DNA from: an uncultured delta proteobacterium | GTDB lineage: Bacteria > Myxococcota_A > Polyangia > Polyangiales > Polyangiaceae | Assembly: GCA_963841435.1 (NCBI GenBank) | Contig: CAWJCS010000003.1 | Location: 608,001 to 672,000, forward strand | Direction: 5' to 3' | Length of the DNA: 64,000 nucleotides | Part shown: piece by piece, positions 19,418-29,602 of the stretch | How positions within the stretch are numbered: the stretch's first letter is position 1 | Layout of the letters: each line of letters opens with the position of its first letter | The notes under the pieces: model-generated | What the model saw: the letters and a program-made list of their open reading frames with translations, nothing else | Told to the model about the DNA's origin: nothing | Databases searched by the model: none | Position numbers and translations under genes: made by a program

Positions 19418-20213
19418 ATGGGCGAAGAAGCCTCGAAACGGACCTGCCTCGTCACGGGGGCGAGCCGCGGGCTCGGCCTCGAAACGTGCCGGGCTCTCGC
19501 CACGAAGGGGCTCCGCGTCGTGCTCACGAGCCGAACGGCGGCCGGGCGCGACGCGGCCCAGAGGCTCGGAGCGAGCGGACTCAACGTCTCGCACCGCCTG
19601 CTCGAACGTCGCGGATCCGAACAGCATCCTCGAGCTCGGGGAGGCCTGCCGCCGCGACGCTCTCGACATCGACGTGCTCGTGAACAATGCGGGCGTCGCA
19701 CTCGACGGCTTCGATGCGCGCGTGGCACGCGACACGATGGAGACGAACTTCTTCGGTCCCTTGCGTGTCACCGAAGCGCTGCTCCCGTCGATCCGCGACG
19801 GGGGTCACGTCGTGATGGTTTCGAGCGGCATCGGGGAGCTTTCGGGGATTGCCTCGCCGCTCAGAGAGCGCTTCGCGGACCCTCTGCTCACTCGCGACGG
19901 GCTCATCGAGCTCGCGCAATCGTTCGTGGCGGCGGTCGAGCAGGGGCAGCACGCCGCACTCGGCTGGCCGTCGTCCGCGTACCGCATCTCGAAAGTGAGC
20001 CTGAACGCGCTGACGCGGGTCTTTGCGGCGAGCCTCGCGCCGCGGCGGATCCGGGTGAATGCCGTGTGCCCCGGGTGGGTGCGGACGGACATGGGGGGCC
20101 CCGGAGCGGCGCGGAGCATCGAGCAGGGTGCCGCCTCAATCGTGGGGCTCGCCCTCACGGAGAGCGGCCCCACGGGCGGCTTCTTCCGGGACCAGAAGCC
20201 CATCCCCTGGTGA
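19418..20213 (+). CDS. SDR family carbonyl reductase; +1 frameshift at ~19605
   Basis: TGASRGLG in one frame; NNAG, YRISK, CPGWVRTDMGG in the next; removing one A restores LLDVAD. Confidence 0.88.
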
Positions 20214-20222
20214 GCGCCTCGC

Positions 20223-20239
20223 CGCCCCGTGACGGGGCG
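20223..20239. terminator. GC hairpin between convergent genes
   Basis: CGCCCCG-TGA-CGGGGCG between the SDR and kinase stops; no U tract. Confidence 0.4.
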
Positions 20240-20245
20240 ACGCCG

Positions 20246-21862
20246 CTACTTGGCGTAGGGCGACATCAGATCGAGAGCCGCCGCCCTGGGCGCGTGCTTG
20301 ACGTGCACGGGAGGCGCGGACGACGGCGGGCTCGCCGGCACGTTTTGCGCGCCCGCCGCACCGCTTTTTCGGGCCCCGTGCGCCACCGCGCGCGGCGGGG
20401 CCCCGCTCGAGGCGACCGCGGAAGCGGAAGGCGCGGACGAGGCAGCAAGCGGCACAGCCGCGGTGTCGAGGGGCGGCCCGGCAACAGCGGACGGGTCGGT
20501 CGGCGCGGGAGCCGCAGGCGCCTCGGCCGCGCGTGCTGGTAGCTCGGGCGCAGGGAGCGTGACTTCTGGCGCGACCGCTGCGAACGCGGCCGCGTCGGCC
20601 GCGGGTGTGTCGCGGGCACCGAGCGCGTGCGGTGGTAGCGATCGCGCGGCGACGAACGCGGTGGCACCGATCGCCACGGCGACGGCCGCCCCGATCATCC
20701 TGTTGCGCGAACGGCGATGCCGACCGAGCTCGGTCGGCATCTCACTCGGTCGCGCCTGTGCCAACTGTATGGAGGGCACGTTGTTGACGAGGATCGCGCG
20801 TAGCGATCCGCCGCTCTGGGACGGCGCCGGCGAAAGAAGTCCATTTTCGACGCCGACAAGCTGCCGCTCGTCGGCCGCGAGCAGGAAGCGACGCATGGCC
20901 TCGCGCCGCGCGGCGGCCCGGTCGCCCATGGTGCGCGACACGAACTCCCTGAGCTGCACGTCAACGAGCGGCACGAACGCCTGCGGAACGGCGTTCTCGA
21001 GCGCGAGCCGCAGTGCATCGGCCGTCTGATAGCGCTTCTCGGGCTCCTTCTCGAGGGCCTTCAGCAGCACCGCCTCCAGCGCGGGGGAGCACGCTGGCAC
21101 GAATTTCGAGGGCGGTGGGGGCAAGTGCTCGCCGGTGATCGCCGCGAGGACGCTGATTTTCGTGTCGACCTTGAAGGGGTGCCGGCCGGTCACGAGCAGG
21201 TAGAGCACGATGCCGAGCGCGAACACGTCGGCGCGCCGATCGATCTCACCTCCCAGCACCTGCTCCGGCGCCATGAACGAATACTTGCCCTTGACCTCGC
21301 CGTTGGCCGTGAGCGAGCTTTCTTCGTTGGTCGCCTTGGCGATCCCGAAGTCCACGAGCTTGATCTGACCCGAGTGCGTCACGAGCATGTTGTGCGGCGA
21401 CACATCGCGGTGCACGACACCGAGGTGCACGCCGAGGTCACTCGTGAGCTCGTGCGCCGCGTGCAGCCCGCGGCACGCCTGGGCGATGAAATTCACGCCG
21501 ACGGGCACCGGGACCCAACCTCGCTCCTCGGCGCGCTTGAGCACGAAGTCGAGCGACTCGCCGTCGACCCATTCCATGACGAGGTAGAGCGTGCCCTGGT
21601 GCTCGCCGAGCTCCGTCGTCTGCACGACGTTCGGGTGGTGAATCAGCGACGCGATGCGCGCCTCGGCGAGCAGCATTTCCTCGAGGCGCGCGTCGTGGCG
21701 AAGCTCGGGAAGCAGGGTCTTGATGGCGACGATCTTCTGAAACCCGCGCGCACCCGTGAGCCGTCCGGCCCAGACCTGCCCCATCCCGCCGCGCGCAACC
21801 TGGGCCAGGAGCTCGTAGCGCCCGAGCGAATATCCCGGCGACAGTGATGCGCGTTCGACCAT
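20246..21862 (-). CDS. Hanks-type Ser/Thr protein kinase with TM and Pro/Ala-rich tail
   Basis: [24 protein letters not shown]; ends LDLMSPYAK. Confidence 0.95.
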   Translation of the reverse strand: MVERASLSPGYSLGRYELLAQVARGGMGQVWAGRLTGARGFQKIVAIKTLLPELRHDARLEEMLLAEARIASLIHHPNVVQTTELGEHQGTLYLVMEWVDGESLDFVLKRAEERGWVPVPVGVNFIAQACRGLHAAHELTSDLGVHLGVVHRDVSPHNMLVTHSGQIKLVDFGIAKATNEESSLTANGEVKGKYSFMAPEQVLGGEIDRRADVFALGIVLYLLVTGRHPFKVDTKISVLAAITGEHLPPPPSKFVPACSPALEAVLLKALEKEPEKRYQTADALRLALENAVPQAFVPLVDVQLREFVSRTMGDRAAARREAMRRFLLAADERQLVGVENGLLSPAPSQSGGSLRAILVNNVPSIQLAQARPSEMPTELGRHRRSRNRMIGAAVAVAIGATAFVAARSLPPHALGARDTPAADAAAFAAVAPEVTLPAPELPARAAEAPAAPAPTDPSAVAGPPLDTAAVPLAASSAPSASAVASSGAPPRAVAHGARKSGAAGAQNVPASPPSSAPPVHVKHAPRAAALDLMSPYAK

Positions 21863-22027
21863 GCGACGACCCCCGAAGCCTGCGCCGGGGTCCCTCTACC
21901 CGAACGGTCGCGACTCGGACTCATATAAGGTAGCAACTCCTCGTCGCGATATCCAGGCGGAGAGGCGCCCACGTTCACCCACACGCGCCCGCCCCCGCTT
22001 TCCGACCCGCGCGAAAACCTGGCGCGT

Positions 22028-23896
22028 CTACTTCGTGCAAATACCAGCCACGCACGTGCGGTTCCCCATGCACGACGTGCTGCAGCTTCCGCAGTGCTGT
22101 TTGTCGGTCGCCGTGTCAACGCAGGTGCCGCCACACAGCGAATAGCCGGCGTCGCAGGACAGGCCGCACACCCCGCCACCACAGACGCCGGTCGCGTGCG
22201 CGGGGCCGGGGCAGCGTTTGCCGCACATGCCGCAATTGTCAACGTCGGACTGCAGATTCACGCAGCCCGAGTTGCAGAGCGAAGCCGGGCTCACGCACTC
22301 GATGCCACATGTGCCTGCGGTGCAAGTTGGTCGCGCGTTGGTGGCGCCACCGCACACCGCACCGCAGACCCCGCAGTTCGAGGTGTCGGACGAGGTGTCA
22401 ACGCACGCACCGCTGCAGCTCTGTGTGCCGGACGGGCAGCTCATGCCGCACTTCCCGCCGGCGCAGGTGAGACCCGTGGCGCAGGCGTAGCCACAGCTGC
22501 CGCAGTTACCCGGGTTCGTGCTCGCGTTGACGCAGGCGCCGTTGCACGCCGTGTAGCCGCTGCTGCAAGAAAACCCACAGCCGGAGGTCGTGCAGGTGGG
22601 GCTGGCGTTTGCGACGCCCGCACAGGTCTCGCCACACGCGCCGCAGTTCGCGACGTCGGTGTCCAGGCGCACGCACTTGCCGTCGCACGGCGTGTAGCCG
22701 GAGTTGCAGCTCACGGCGCATGCCCCGTCGACGCACTTGGCCGTGCCGTTGGCGGGAACGGGGCAACCCAGCCCGCAACCACCGCAGTTTACGGGATCGG
22801 TGTCCGGATCGACGCACACGCCGCTGCAACCGACCATCGAGCCGGCACAGGACGTGTCGCACGCCCCTGCCTGACAGATGTACCCTTGATCACAGGGCTG
22901 ATCACAACCGCCGCAGTGAACGGGGCTCGACTGCGTGTCGACGCAGGAGTCCCCGCACATCGCGAAGCCCTCCTTGCAACTGAAGCCGCAGGTCGCGTCG
23001 TCGCACGAGGCCGTCCCATTCGTCGGGCTGTCGCAGGGCATGTCGCAACCGCCGCAGTTGCGCACGTCCTTGGAGGTGTCAACGCAGCTCGCGCCGTCGC
23101 AGTCGGAGAAGCCAGGATCGCAGTCGATGCCGCAGCTCCCGCTACTGCACACGCCGCGCCCGCTCGTCGGCATGGGGCACGCCTTCCCGCAGGCGCCGCA
23201 ATTCGCGCGAGAGACGGCGGTATCGACACAGGAGCCGCTGCAGTTGTCGAGCCCTCCCGAGCAGGCGTCACTGCACTTGCCGGCGTCGCACACCTCGCTA
23301 CTGCCGCAGGCTACGTCGCAGTCACCGCAATGCTTCGGGTCGCTCGTCGTATCGACGCACGCCCCGGAACAATCCTCGAATGGATCGTCGCACGCGACAC
23401 CGCACACGCCGTCCACGCAGGTGGGCGAGCCGTCGTCCGGCATCGGGCAGCTCTGTCCACAGCCGCCGCAGTTGTCGATGTCGTTCTTCGTGTCGACGCA
23501 GATGTCGCCGCAGGGCTCGTAGGGATCGGAACAGGTGAACTTGCAGGTGCTCTTCGAGCACGCGGGGTCGCCGTGAGCGGGCGCCGTGCAGGTGGCGCCA
23601 CAGCCGCCGCAATTGTCGGGCGAGGTCGCGAGGACCACGCATCGGCTACCGCAAACCGTCTCGCCCTCGCGGCACACGAGCGGCCCGCCGTCGTCGACCG
23701 GCTCGGCGGTGCCGAGCGGTACGCAGGTGTTCGTCGCCTCGTCGCACTCCCACCCGGGGAGGCATTGCTTGTTAGGATCGCAGGTCTTGCCCTCGAGGCT
23801 GTCGGACAGACCTCCCTGGCACGCAATGGCGACGGCGACGCCGGCAAGCGCGACGGCCAGGCGCCCGAGGCGCGTAGCAGCAAGAAAGCTCCTCAC
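22028..23896 (-). CDS. Cys-rich repeat lipoprotein (myxobacterial Stig1-like repeats)
   Basis: Lipobox AIAC; about 11 repeats of C-x3-C-V-D-x3-D-x2-(N/H)-C-G-x-C-x3-C. Confidence 0.85.
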   Translation of the reverse strand: MRSFLAATRLGRLAVALAGVAVAIACQGGLSDSLEGKTCDPNKQCLPGWECDEATNTCVPLGTAEPVDDGGPLVCREGETVCGSRCVVLATSPDNCGGCGATCTAPAHGDPACSKSTCKFTCSDPYEPCGDICVDTKNDIDNCGGCGQSCPMPDDGSPTCVDGVCGVACDDPFEDCSGACVDTTSDPKHCGDCDVACGSSEVCDAGKCSDACSGGLDNCSGSCVDTAVSRANCGACGKACPMPTSGRGVCSSGSCGIDCDPGFSDCDGASCVDTSKDVRNCGGCDMPCDSPTNGTASCDDATCGFSCKEGFAMCGDSCVDTQSSPVHCGGCDQPCDQGYICQAGACDTSCAGSMVGCSGVCVDPDTDPVNCGGCGLGCPVPANGTAKCVDGACAVSCNSGYTPCDGKCVRLDTDVANCGACGETCAGVANASPTCTTSGCGFSCSSGYTACNGACVNASTNPGNCGSCGYACATGLTCAGGKCGMSCPSGTQSCSGACVDTSSDTSNCGVCGAVCGGATNARPTCTAGTCGIECVSPASLCNSGCVNLQSDVDNCGMCGKRCPGPAHATGVCGGGVCGLSCDAGYSLCGGTCVDTATDKQHCGSCSTSCMGNRTCVAGICTK

Positions 23897-23898
23897 GC

Positions 23899-24909
23899 TC
23901 AGAAGCTCCCCGCGAGAGAGCCCGTGAGCCCTCCGGGCGCGGGCGAGAGCGTGAGCGAGCTGACTTTTTCGGACTTTCGTCCGGTGAGATCCACGACGAG
24001 GAGCACGCCGCCCAGCACGACGAGCCCACCACCCACGGAGGCGAGCGCGCGCGCCGTCGTGCGCCGGCTCTCCATCTTGTCCAGGTTCTCCTTGTAACCG
24101 ATCTGCGTCGGATCGTCCTTGGCGGCTTTCTCGGAGCTCTGCCGCATCAGCTCGAAAGCGAGCGCGCCGCCGAGCGTCGCGCCGCCGGCGCCGAACGCGA
24201 CCCAGGGCCAGACGCCGAGGCCTCCACCCTGCGCGCGCTCGGCGGCGGGGGGCGTGCCCGCGGGCAGCGGGGCGACCGGCGCGGCCGCGGCAGGGGCGGC
24301 CTGAGGAGCGGCAACGGCGGGCGCACGCGACAGCTCCGCCGTGAAATCGCGCGCGTGCTCGGCGGCGAGCTCGACGTCGCTTTCCGAATCGCGGTAGCCG
24401 CGCAACGTCAAGGCGACGTGGTGAGTGCCGGGCGGCAGGTCAGCGGTCCACGGCGTGACGCCGACGGGCGTCCGATCGACGGCCACGGTGGCACCCGCCG
24501 GCTCCGAAAGCACGGTGAGCTGCTGCACCCCCTTCGCCTGCAGCTTGGCTTCGAAGCGCTCCACGAGCTTTTGCACGTCGGACACGTTGGGGGCATCGCC
24601 GGCGCGCCGGACGTAGTCGCGGTACCAGCGCAGGGCACCCGAATCGTCACCGAGCTTCTCGTAGGCGCGCGCGATGTTGAACGAGAGCGGCGCGCTCGGC
24701 GACAACCGGTCCGCGGCTAGAAACAGATCGACCGCGTCCTTGAAGCGCCCCGCCGTGTACGCATCCACGCCCTTCTCGTAACGAGCCTTGGCATCGGCGA
24801 GGCGCGTGTCGGCGACGGCTTGTTGCGACGGTGCGTCTCCGAGCGCGGGCGTCGTCACGGAGAGCACCACGAGCAAGGCAAGCGTTCGCACGGCCCCAGT
24901 CTTCCCCAT
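23899..24909 (-). CDS. TPR + PEGA domain protein
   Basis: Signal peptide; TPR (FNIARAYEKLG); PEGA (SEPAGATVAVD..GVTP..LPPGTHHVALTLRGY); hydrophobic C-terminal region. Confidence 0.88.
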   Translation of the reverse strand: MGKTGAVRTLALLVVLSVTTPALGDAPSQQAVADTRLADAKARYEKGVDAYTAGRFKDAVDLFLAADRLSPSAPLSFNIARAYEKLGDDSGALRWYRDYVRRAGDAPNVSDVQKLVERFEAKLQAKGVQQLTVLSEPAGATVAVDRTPVGVTPWTADLPPGTHHVALTLRGYRDSESDVELAAEHARDFTAELSRAPAVAAPQAAPAAAAPVAPLPAGTPPAAERAQGGGLGVWPWVAFGAGGATLGGALAFELMRQSSEKAAKDDPTQIGYKENLDKMESRRTTARALASVGGGLVVLGGVLLVVDLTGRKSEKVSSLTLSPAPGGLTGSLAGSF

Positions 24910-24922
24910 GTTCTTTGCCCCC

Positions 24923-26383
24923 TCAATACGGCGTCATCAAATCGAGCTTCGGGGGCGCACTTGGCTGGGGTTTCGCGCTCGGTCTCTCGGTCGGGCTCGC
25001 GCGCCGCGGCGCGGGGCGGCGCACGACGCGAGGCGCCGGTTTTTCGGGCTCACTGGATACCGGCGCCGCGCTCGACGCTGGCTTCGAGCTTTCGGTCGCG
25101 CTGGGGGCCGGGAGAGCTGGCTTTTCGGCGACAGCGCGGTGTGCCGCTGGAATGGGCCCCTGGGGCGTTCGCTCCGCAGTCACGGTCTTCGATGGGCCCG
25201 ACCCCGGCGACGCTGCCCGAAATAGCCAGGCCGCCAGCGTTGCAGCCAGCACCGCGACGATGCCGATCGGGACGAGCGCCGTGCGACGCGGCTGCGATGC
25301 CTTGGTGACCACCGACGCCACGCTCGTCGGCGCGTTCGAGCTCACCTTGCGGCCCGTAGTCTCGAAGCGCACGGGCGTGTGCGATTCGAGACCCACGACG
25401 CCGGACAGCGATTCCATCGTGGCCCGGCTGAACCGGCCCCCCGAGTCGGAGCGACGGTTGAGCCAGCGTGCGTCGATGCTCGTGCCCGCGATATCCTCGA
25501 ACACACCCTGTCCGAACAGCCAGTGCGCGAGCGCCGTTCCGAGCTCGTTCATCGATTGATACCGCTCGGCTCGGAACTTCGACAGTCCCTTCTCGACGAC
25601 GTCGGAGAGCTCCCCATCGGCGGCGATGAGCTCGCGCAAAGTCCGCGGCGGCTGCTCGATGATCGCGCGCAGGAGCGCGTGGTAGTTCTGGCCGTCGAAG
25701 GGTGGGCTGCCCGTGATCACCTCGTAAAGCAGCACGCAGAAGGACCACACGTCGGAGCGCTGATCGATGTCGTCGTCACCGCGGGCCTGCTCGGGCGACA
25801 TGTAATCCGGGCTGCCGATGAGATCACCCTTCTGCGTGAGCTTCGAGCTCACGTCGCGGTGCTCGAGCTTGGCGATCCCGAAGTCCACGAGCTTGGGACG
25901 CAGATCGCCCGCCTCGTACGCGAGAAAGACGTTGTCCGGCTTGATGTCGCGATGGACGATACCCTTGGCGTGCGCCGCGCAGAGCGCGTCGGCGATCGGC
26001 AAGAGCATGCGGACGGCGTCGATGGCGCTCAGGCGCGCCCGGCGAGCGAGCAACGCGGCCACGCTCTCGCCCTCGAGCAGCTCCATGACGATGAATGGCT
26101 CGCCGCGGTCGGTCTGGCCGACATCGAACACCCGAACGATGGCCGGGTGCCCGAGGCGAGCTACGGCGCGCGCCTCCTGCAGCAGGCGGTCGTTCATGTC
26201 GTTGCGATCGATCTCGCCGCGGATGAGCTTGATGGCGACCGCGGCGTCGAGCGCGACGTTCTTCGCCTCCCAGACGGAGCCCATGCCGCCCTCGCCGAGC
26301 AGCTTCTCGAGCCGATACTTCCCCCCGATGACGGCTCCGGACGCGTGCAGCGCGGGCTCCTTGGACTTGGGCGGCGGGTTCAT
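24923..26383 (-). CDS. Hanks-type Ser/Thr protein kinase with TM and Pro-rich tail
   Basis: LGEGGMGSV, VAIK, HRDIKPDN, DFG, YMSPE; ends LDLMTPY. Confidence 0.95.
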   Translation of the reverse strand: MNPPPKSKEPALHASGAVIGGKYRLEKLLGEGGMGSVWEAKNVALDAAVAIKLIRGEIDRNDMNDRLLQEARAVARLGHPAIVRVFDVGQTDRGEPFIVMELLEGESVAALLARRARLSAIDAVRMLLPIADALCAAHAKGIVHRDIKPDNVFLAYEAGDLRPKLVDFGIAKLEHRDVSSKLTQKGDLIGSPDYMSPEQARGDDDIDQRSDVWSFCVLLYEVITGSPPFDGQNYHALLRAIIEQPPRTLRELIAADGELSDVVEKGLSKFRAERYQSMNELGTALAHWLFGQGVFEDIAGTSIDARWLNRRSDSGGRFSRATMESLSGVVGLESHTPVRFETTGRKVSSNAPTSVASVVTKASQPRRTALVPIGIVAVLAATLAAWLFRAASPGSGPSKTVTAERTPQGPIPAAHRAVAEKPALPAPSATESSKPASSAAPVSSEPEKPAPRVVRRPAPRRASPTERPSAKPQPSAPPKLDLMTPY

Positions 26384-26569
26384 GGGCGTGCGGATCGGTC
26401 TTGGTACCGGCTGCGGCTTAGCGCAATCCTACGAACATACCATTTTCGCCCCCGTTTCCAGCGGGCGCGGACGGATCGGGCGCCGGCACGACTTGACACC
26501 ATTCGTTCGTGGCGCGACGGACTCGTTCTTTCCGAGCGTGGCGCGTGAAGCAAACCGCTTTCGCTCGGT

Positions 26570-29398
26570 CTATTTCGGCGGCTCGACCGGAACCGAGCGG
26601 CAAGTCTCCGTGCAGGTGCTGTTCGTCGCCGTGCAACCGCTGTCGCCACTCACCATGTTGGACGTCGTCGCGCCACCGAGCCCCGGGTCGCACTGTTCGG
26701 GAGGTTGGACCACACCGTCGCCGCAATGGGGGCCCAGCTCGCAACGCGTGGTGCAGCCCCCATACACGCCGTCGGCATTTTCGGGACCGAGATCGCATGC
26801 CTCGCCCGCTTCGGCCTGGACGACCCCGTCCCCACAGCGGGGCCCGAAGTGGCAGTCGGTCGAGCAGCCCCCATAGGAGTTGTCATTGATGCCGTTGTCG
26901 CATTCCTCGGGGGCCTGCGTGACGCCGTCGCCACAGAACGCCGGCACGCCGCAGCCCGTGGTGCAGGCGCCCGGCATGCCGTTGTTCGGTCCGTCGTCGC
27001 ACTGCTCGCCGAACTCCTCCTGAGTCACGCCGTCGCCGCAGCGCTCGGCCGGCACGCAGCCCATGCCGCACTGGTTGTAACCGCCGATGTTGACACCGTC
27101 GTCGCACTCCTCGCCGCACTCGCTCTCGACGATCCCGTCGCCACAGCGCGGGCCGAAGGTGCAGTTCGTGCGGCAAGCGCCGCAGGCATCGTCGCTGTTG
27201 GCGGCTCCGTCGTCACACTCTTCGAACACGGTCACGACCCCGTCGCCGCAAGTGGGCGCGCAGTCGCTCGGCTGAAGGCTGAAGCCGCTCAGCGTGAGCT
27301 TGAACGTCGACCCCTCGGGCTGACGCTCGGCGTGGAAAATGCCGATCTGGTACACGCCGCCATCCGTCAGGCCGTAGGTCGCCGCGGTGGCGGAGCCGAT
27401 GGTGACCGACCCGTCGAGCGGGACGTGCCAGCCGCCGAGGTCGACGGCAAGCTTGCCGTTGACGAACACCCACACGTCGTCGTCGCCCGTGAAGTCGAGG
27501 CGCATGGTCGTAGCGGCGTCGTAGCGGAACCACCAGCGCACCTCGGTCGTGAAATGGAAGTTGTGCGTGGCCGAGGGGAACGGCGCCGTTGCGGTCTGCA
27601 GCGCGGCCGCGATACCGAGGCGCTGGGCCACGTCGAGCTCCCACGGCCAGCCGTTCCATCCATACTGGTCGGGCACCTTCGCCGCGAGGCGCGTGTCCGT
27701 GAGGATGCCGGCGGTCGGTGGGTCAACCGGGAAGAACAGCGGATTGCCGTCGTAGGGGACCGCGGCCGCGAAGCATGCCTGAGTGCTCGCGCCCCAGGGG
27801 AAGCAGTCGTCGAGGCACACGATCGACGAGCCGGGCGGCGCGGCCACGCCGTTGAGCGTCGTCGGGATGGTGGCGCAGTTGGCTGCCGTGCAGTCGGTGT
27901 CGGAGCACTGCTGCGGATTCGGGTAGGTGACCCCGCCCACCGTGCCCTGCGGGTAGCCGTACCAGGGCTCGCCGTTCAATCCCCAGCGGTTGACGAACGA
28001 TCCGTTCGCCGTCTGCCAGAGACGGATCGTTCCCGGAATCGCGTTGCTCGCCTTGCTGCCGGTACCGCCGGGCTCGTTCGCGCTCCGGTACCACTGCTTG
28101 AAGTTGTCCTGCCCGTGCATGAAGCCGTTGCTCTCGCTCGCCGTCGCCGAGAGCACCGGCTTGCGGTCCGCGTCCCAGTTGGGCTGGACGAGGCCCGTGA
28201 ACACGCCGGGACTGTTGTAACCGGGATGAAAGTCGGGATGTCCGTTCGTGGAGGTGCGCGCGTTGAAGTCGCGGAAGACGGCGGGCACGCCGATGGCACA
28301 TTGCCCGTTGACCATCAGGCAGGCCGGTGTTTGGCAGGTGAAGCCGGCCTCGTTCTGGCAGGTAGCGGAGCAACCGTCTCCGCCCAACGTGTTGCCGTCG
28401 TCGCACTGCTCGGTGCCCTCGACGATGCCGTTGCCGCACTTGGCCGTGCAGGCGCCCGTGGTCGGACAGGCCGGCTCGCAGCGGCAATCGGGCGCGCAAC
28501 CGTCGAGCGAAAGCTGATTGCCGTCGTCGCAGCATTCCGAGCCCTCGACCTTGCCGTCGCCGCACACCGTGCCACGACAGGGCTGACCCGGCATCGTGCA
28601 CAAGAAGCCGGGTTCCTCGCGACACGTGCTCGAGCAGCCGTCCATCGAGTTGGCGTTGCCGTCGTCGCATTCCTCGGCGCCCTCGAGCGTACCGTTGCCG
28701 CAGATCGGCACGAGCTGACAGGGCATGCCGGGCTGCGTGCAGCGCCAGCCCGGCTCGACGCGGCAGAGCGCGCTGCAGCCGTCGCCGTCGACCGTTCCGC
28801 CGTCGTCGCAGGTCTCGCCCGGCTGCACGCGTGAATCCCCGCAAACGCCGTCGGAATGCTGGCACGGCTCGCCCGGCGTCGGGCAATACCAGCCCGGCTC
28901 GACGAGCATGCAGTCGCCGGAGCACCCGTCGCTGTCGGCGTTGTTCGCGTCGTCGCAAGCTTCGCCCGGAGAACGCTGACCGTCACCGCAACGCAACGTC
29001 GAGCTGCACGCTCCGCCCGCGGGCGGACAGCTGAAGTTCGGCTCCATCACGCAGACGCCCGTGCAGCCGTCGCCCGGCAACGGGTTGCCGTCGTCGCAAG
29101 CCTCACTCGCCTGATTGACCATGCCGTCGCCGCAGTAGGGCCCCGTTTCCGGCACGCACTCGGTCATGCCCGAGCTGCCGCCGACGGCGATACCGCCAGC
29201 GGCCCCGCCCGTGCCGGGCCCAGCGCCACCGGTGCCCGGCCCGGCCGCGATGCTACCGCCCGCGCCGAGACTGCCACCGGCGTTGCCGGTGCCCCCGTCG
29301 CTGACATCGGCGCCCTTGCCGGCGACGCCTCCGCACCCCGTGCTCGCCCACACGAGCCATGCCCCTCCAAAGAAGAAGATCGAGCGCCACCAAGCCAT
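26570..29398 (-). CDS. Fibro-slime (PA14-like) domain protein with myxobacterial Cys-rich (CGDG..E-x-CDDGN) repeats
   Basis: FRDF..HPDF, HNFHFTTEV, FTGDDDVWVFVNGKLAVDLGGWH, FHAER; flanking repeats; lipobox-like STGC. Confidence 0.9.
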   Translation of the reverse strand: MAWWRSIFFFGGAWLVWASTGCGGVAGKGADVSDGGTGNAGGSLGAGGSIAAGPGTGGAGPGTGGAAGGIAVGGSSGMTECVPETGPYCGDGMVNQASEACDDGNPLPGDGCTGVCVMEPNFSCPPAGGACSSTLRCGDGQRSPGEACDDANNADSDGCSGDCMLVEPGWYCPTPGEPCQHSDGVCGDSRVQPGETCDDGGTVDGDGCSALCRVEPGWRCTQPGMPCQLVPICGNGTLEGAEECDDGNANSMDGCSSTCREEPGFLCTMPGQPCRGTVCGDGKVEGSECCDDGNQLSLDGCAPDCRCEPACPTTGACTAKCGNGIVEGTEQCDDGNTLGGDGCSATCQNEAGFTCQTPACLMVNGQCAIGVPAVFRDFNARTSTNGHPDFHPGYNSPGVFTGLVQPNWDADRKPVLSATASESNGFMHGQDNFKQWYRSANEPGGTGSKASNAIPGTIRLWQTANGSFVNRWGLNGEPWYGYPQGTVGGVTYPNPQQCSDTDCTAANCATIPTTLNGVAAPPGSSIVCLDDCFPWGASTQACFAAAVPYDGNPLFFPVDPPTAGILTDTRLAAKVPDQYGWNGWPWELDVAQRLGIAAALQTATAPFPSATHNFHFTTEVRWWFRYDAATTMRLDFTGDDDVWVFVNGKLAVDLGGWHVPLDGSVTIGSATAATYGLTDGGVYQIGIFHAERQPEGSTFKLTLSGFSLQPSDCAPTCGDGVVTVFEECDDGAANSDDACGACRTNCTFGPRCGDGIVESECGEECDDGVNIGGYNQCGMGCVPAERCGDGVTQEEFGEQCDDGPNNGMPGACTTGCGVPAFCGDGVTQAPEECDNGINDNSYGGCSTDCHFGPRCGDGVVQAEAGEACDLGPENADGVYGGCTTRCELGPHCGDGVVQPPEQCDPGLGGATTSNMVSGDSGCTATNSTCTETCRSVPVEPPK

Positions 29399-29423
29399 GC
29401 CGAGGGTACCTCCGCGGTTGACT

Positions 29424-29435
29424 GAAACCGGTTTC
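29424..29435. promoter_or_regulatory. LacI-family-like operator palindrome
   Basis: Perfect palindrome GAAACCGGTTTC about 25 bp upstream of the fibro-slime gene start. Confidence 0.5.
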
Positions 29436-29602
29436 TCATGGTGGGCTCGAAGGCGCGAATCGGCCCGATAAAACAGCTCATCGAGCTGCTTTTTGGGGGG
29501 CCCGACGCGCTCGGCGTGTGGTGCCTTGTCGGTCGATGTACGCGGGACGCGCCGAATCGACTCGCGGCGCTGTGAATTTGCACGCTCAAGAGAGAGCGAG
29601 CG

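Noticed and set aside
26551-26562. CAAACCGCTTTC as another LacI-like site
   Set aside because: Better explained as part of a hairpin (26532-26568) just after the fibro-slime stop
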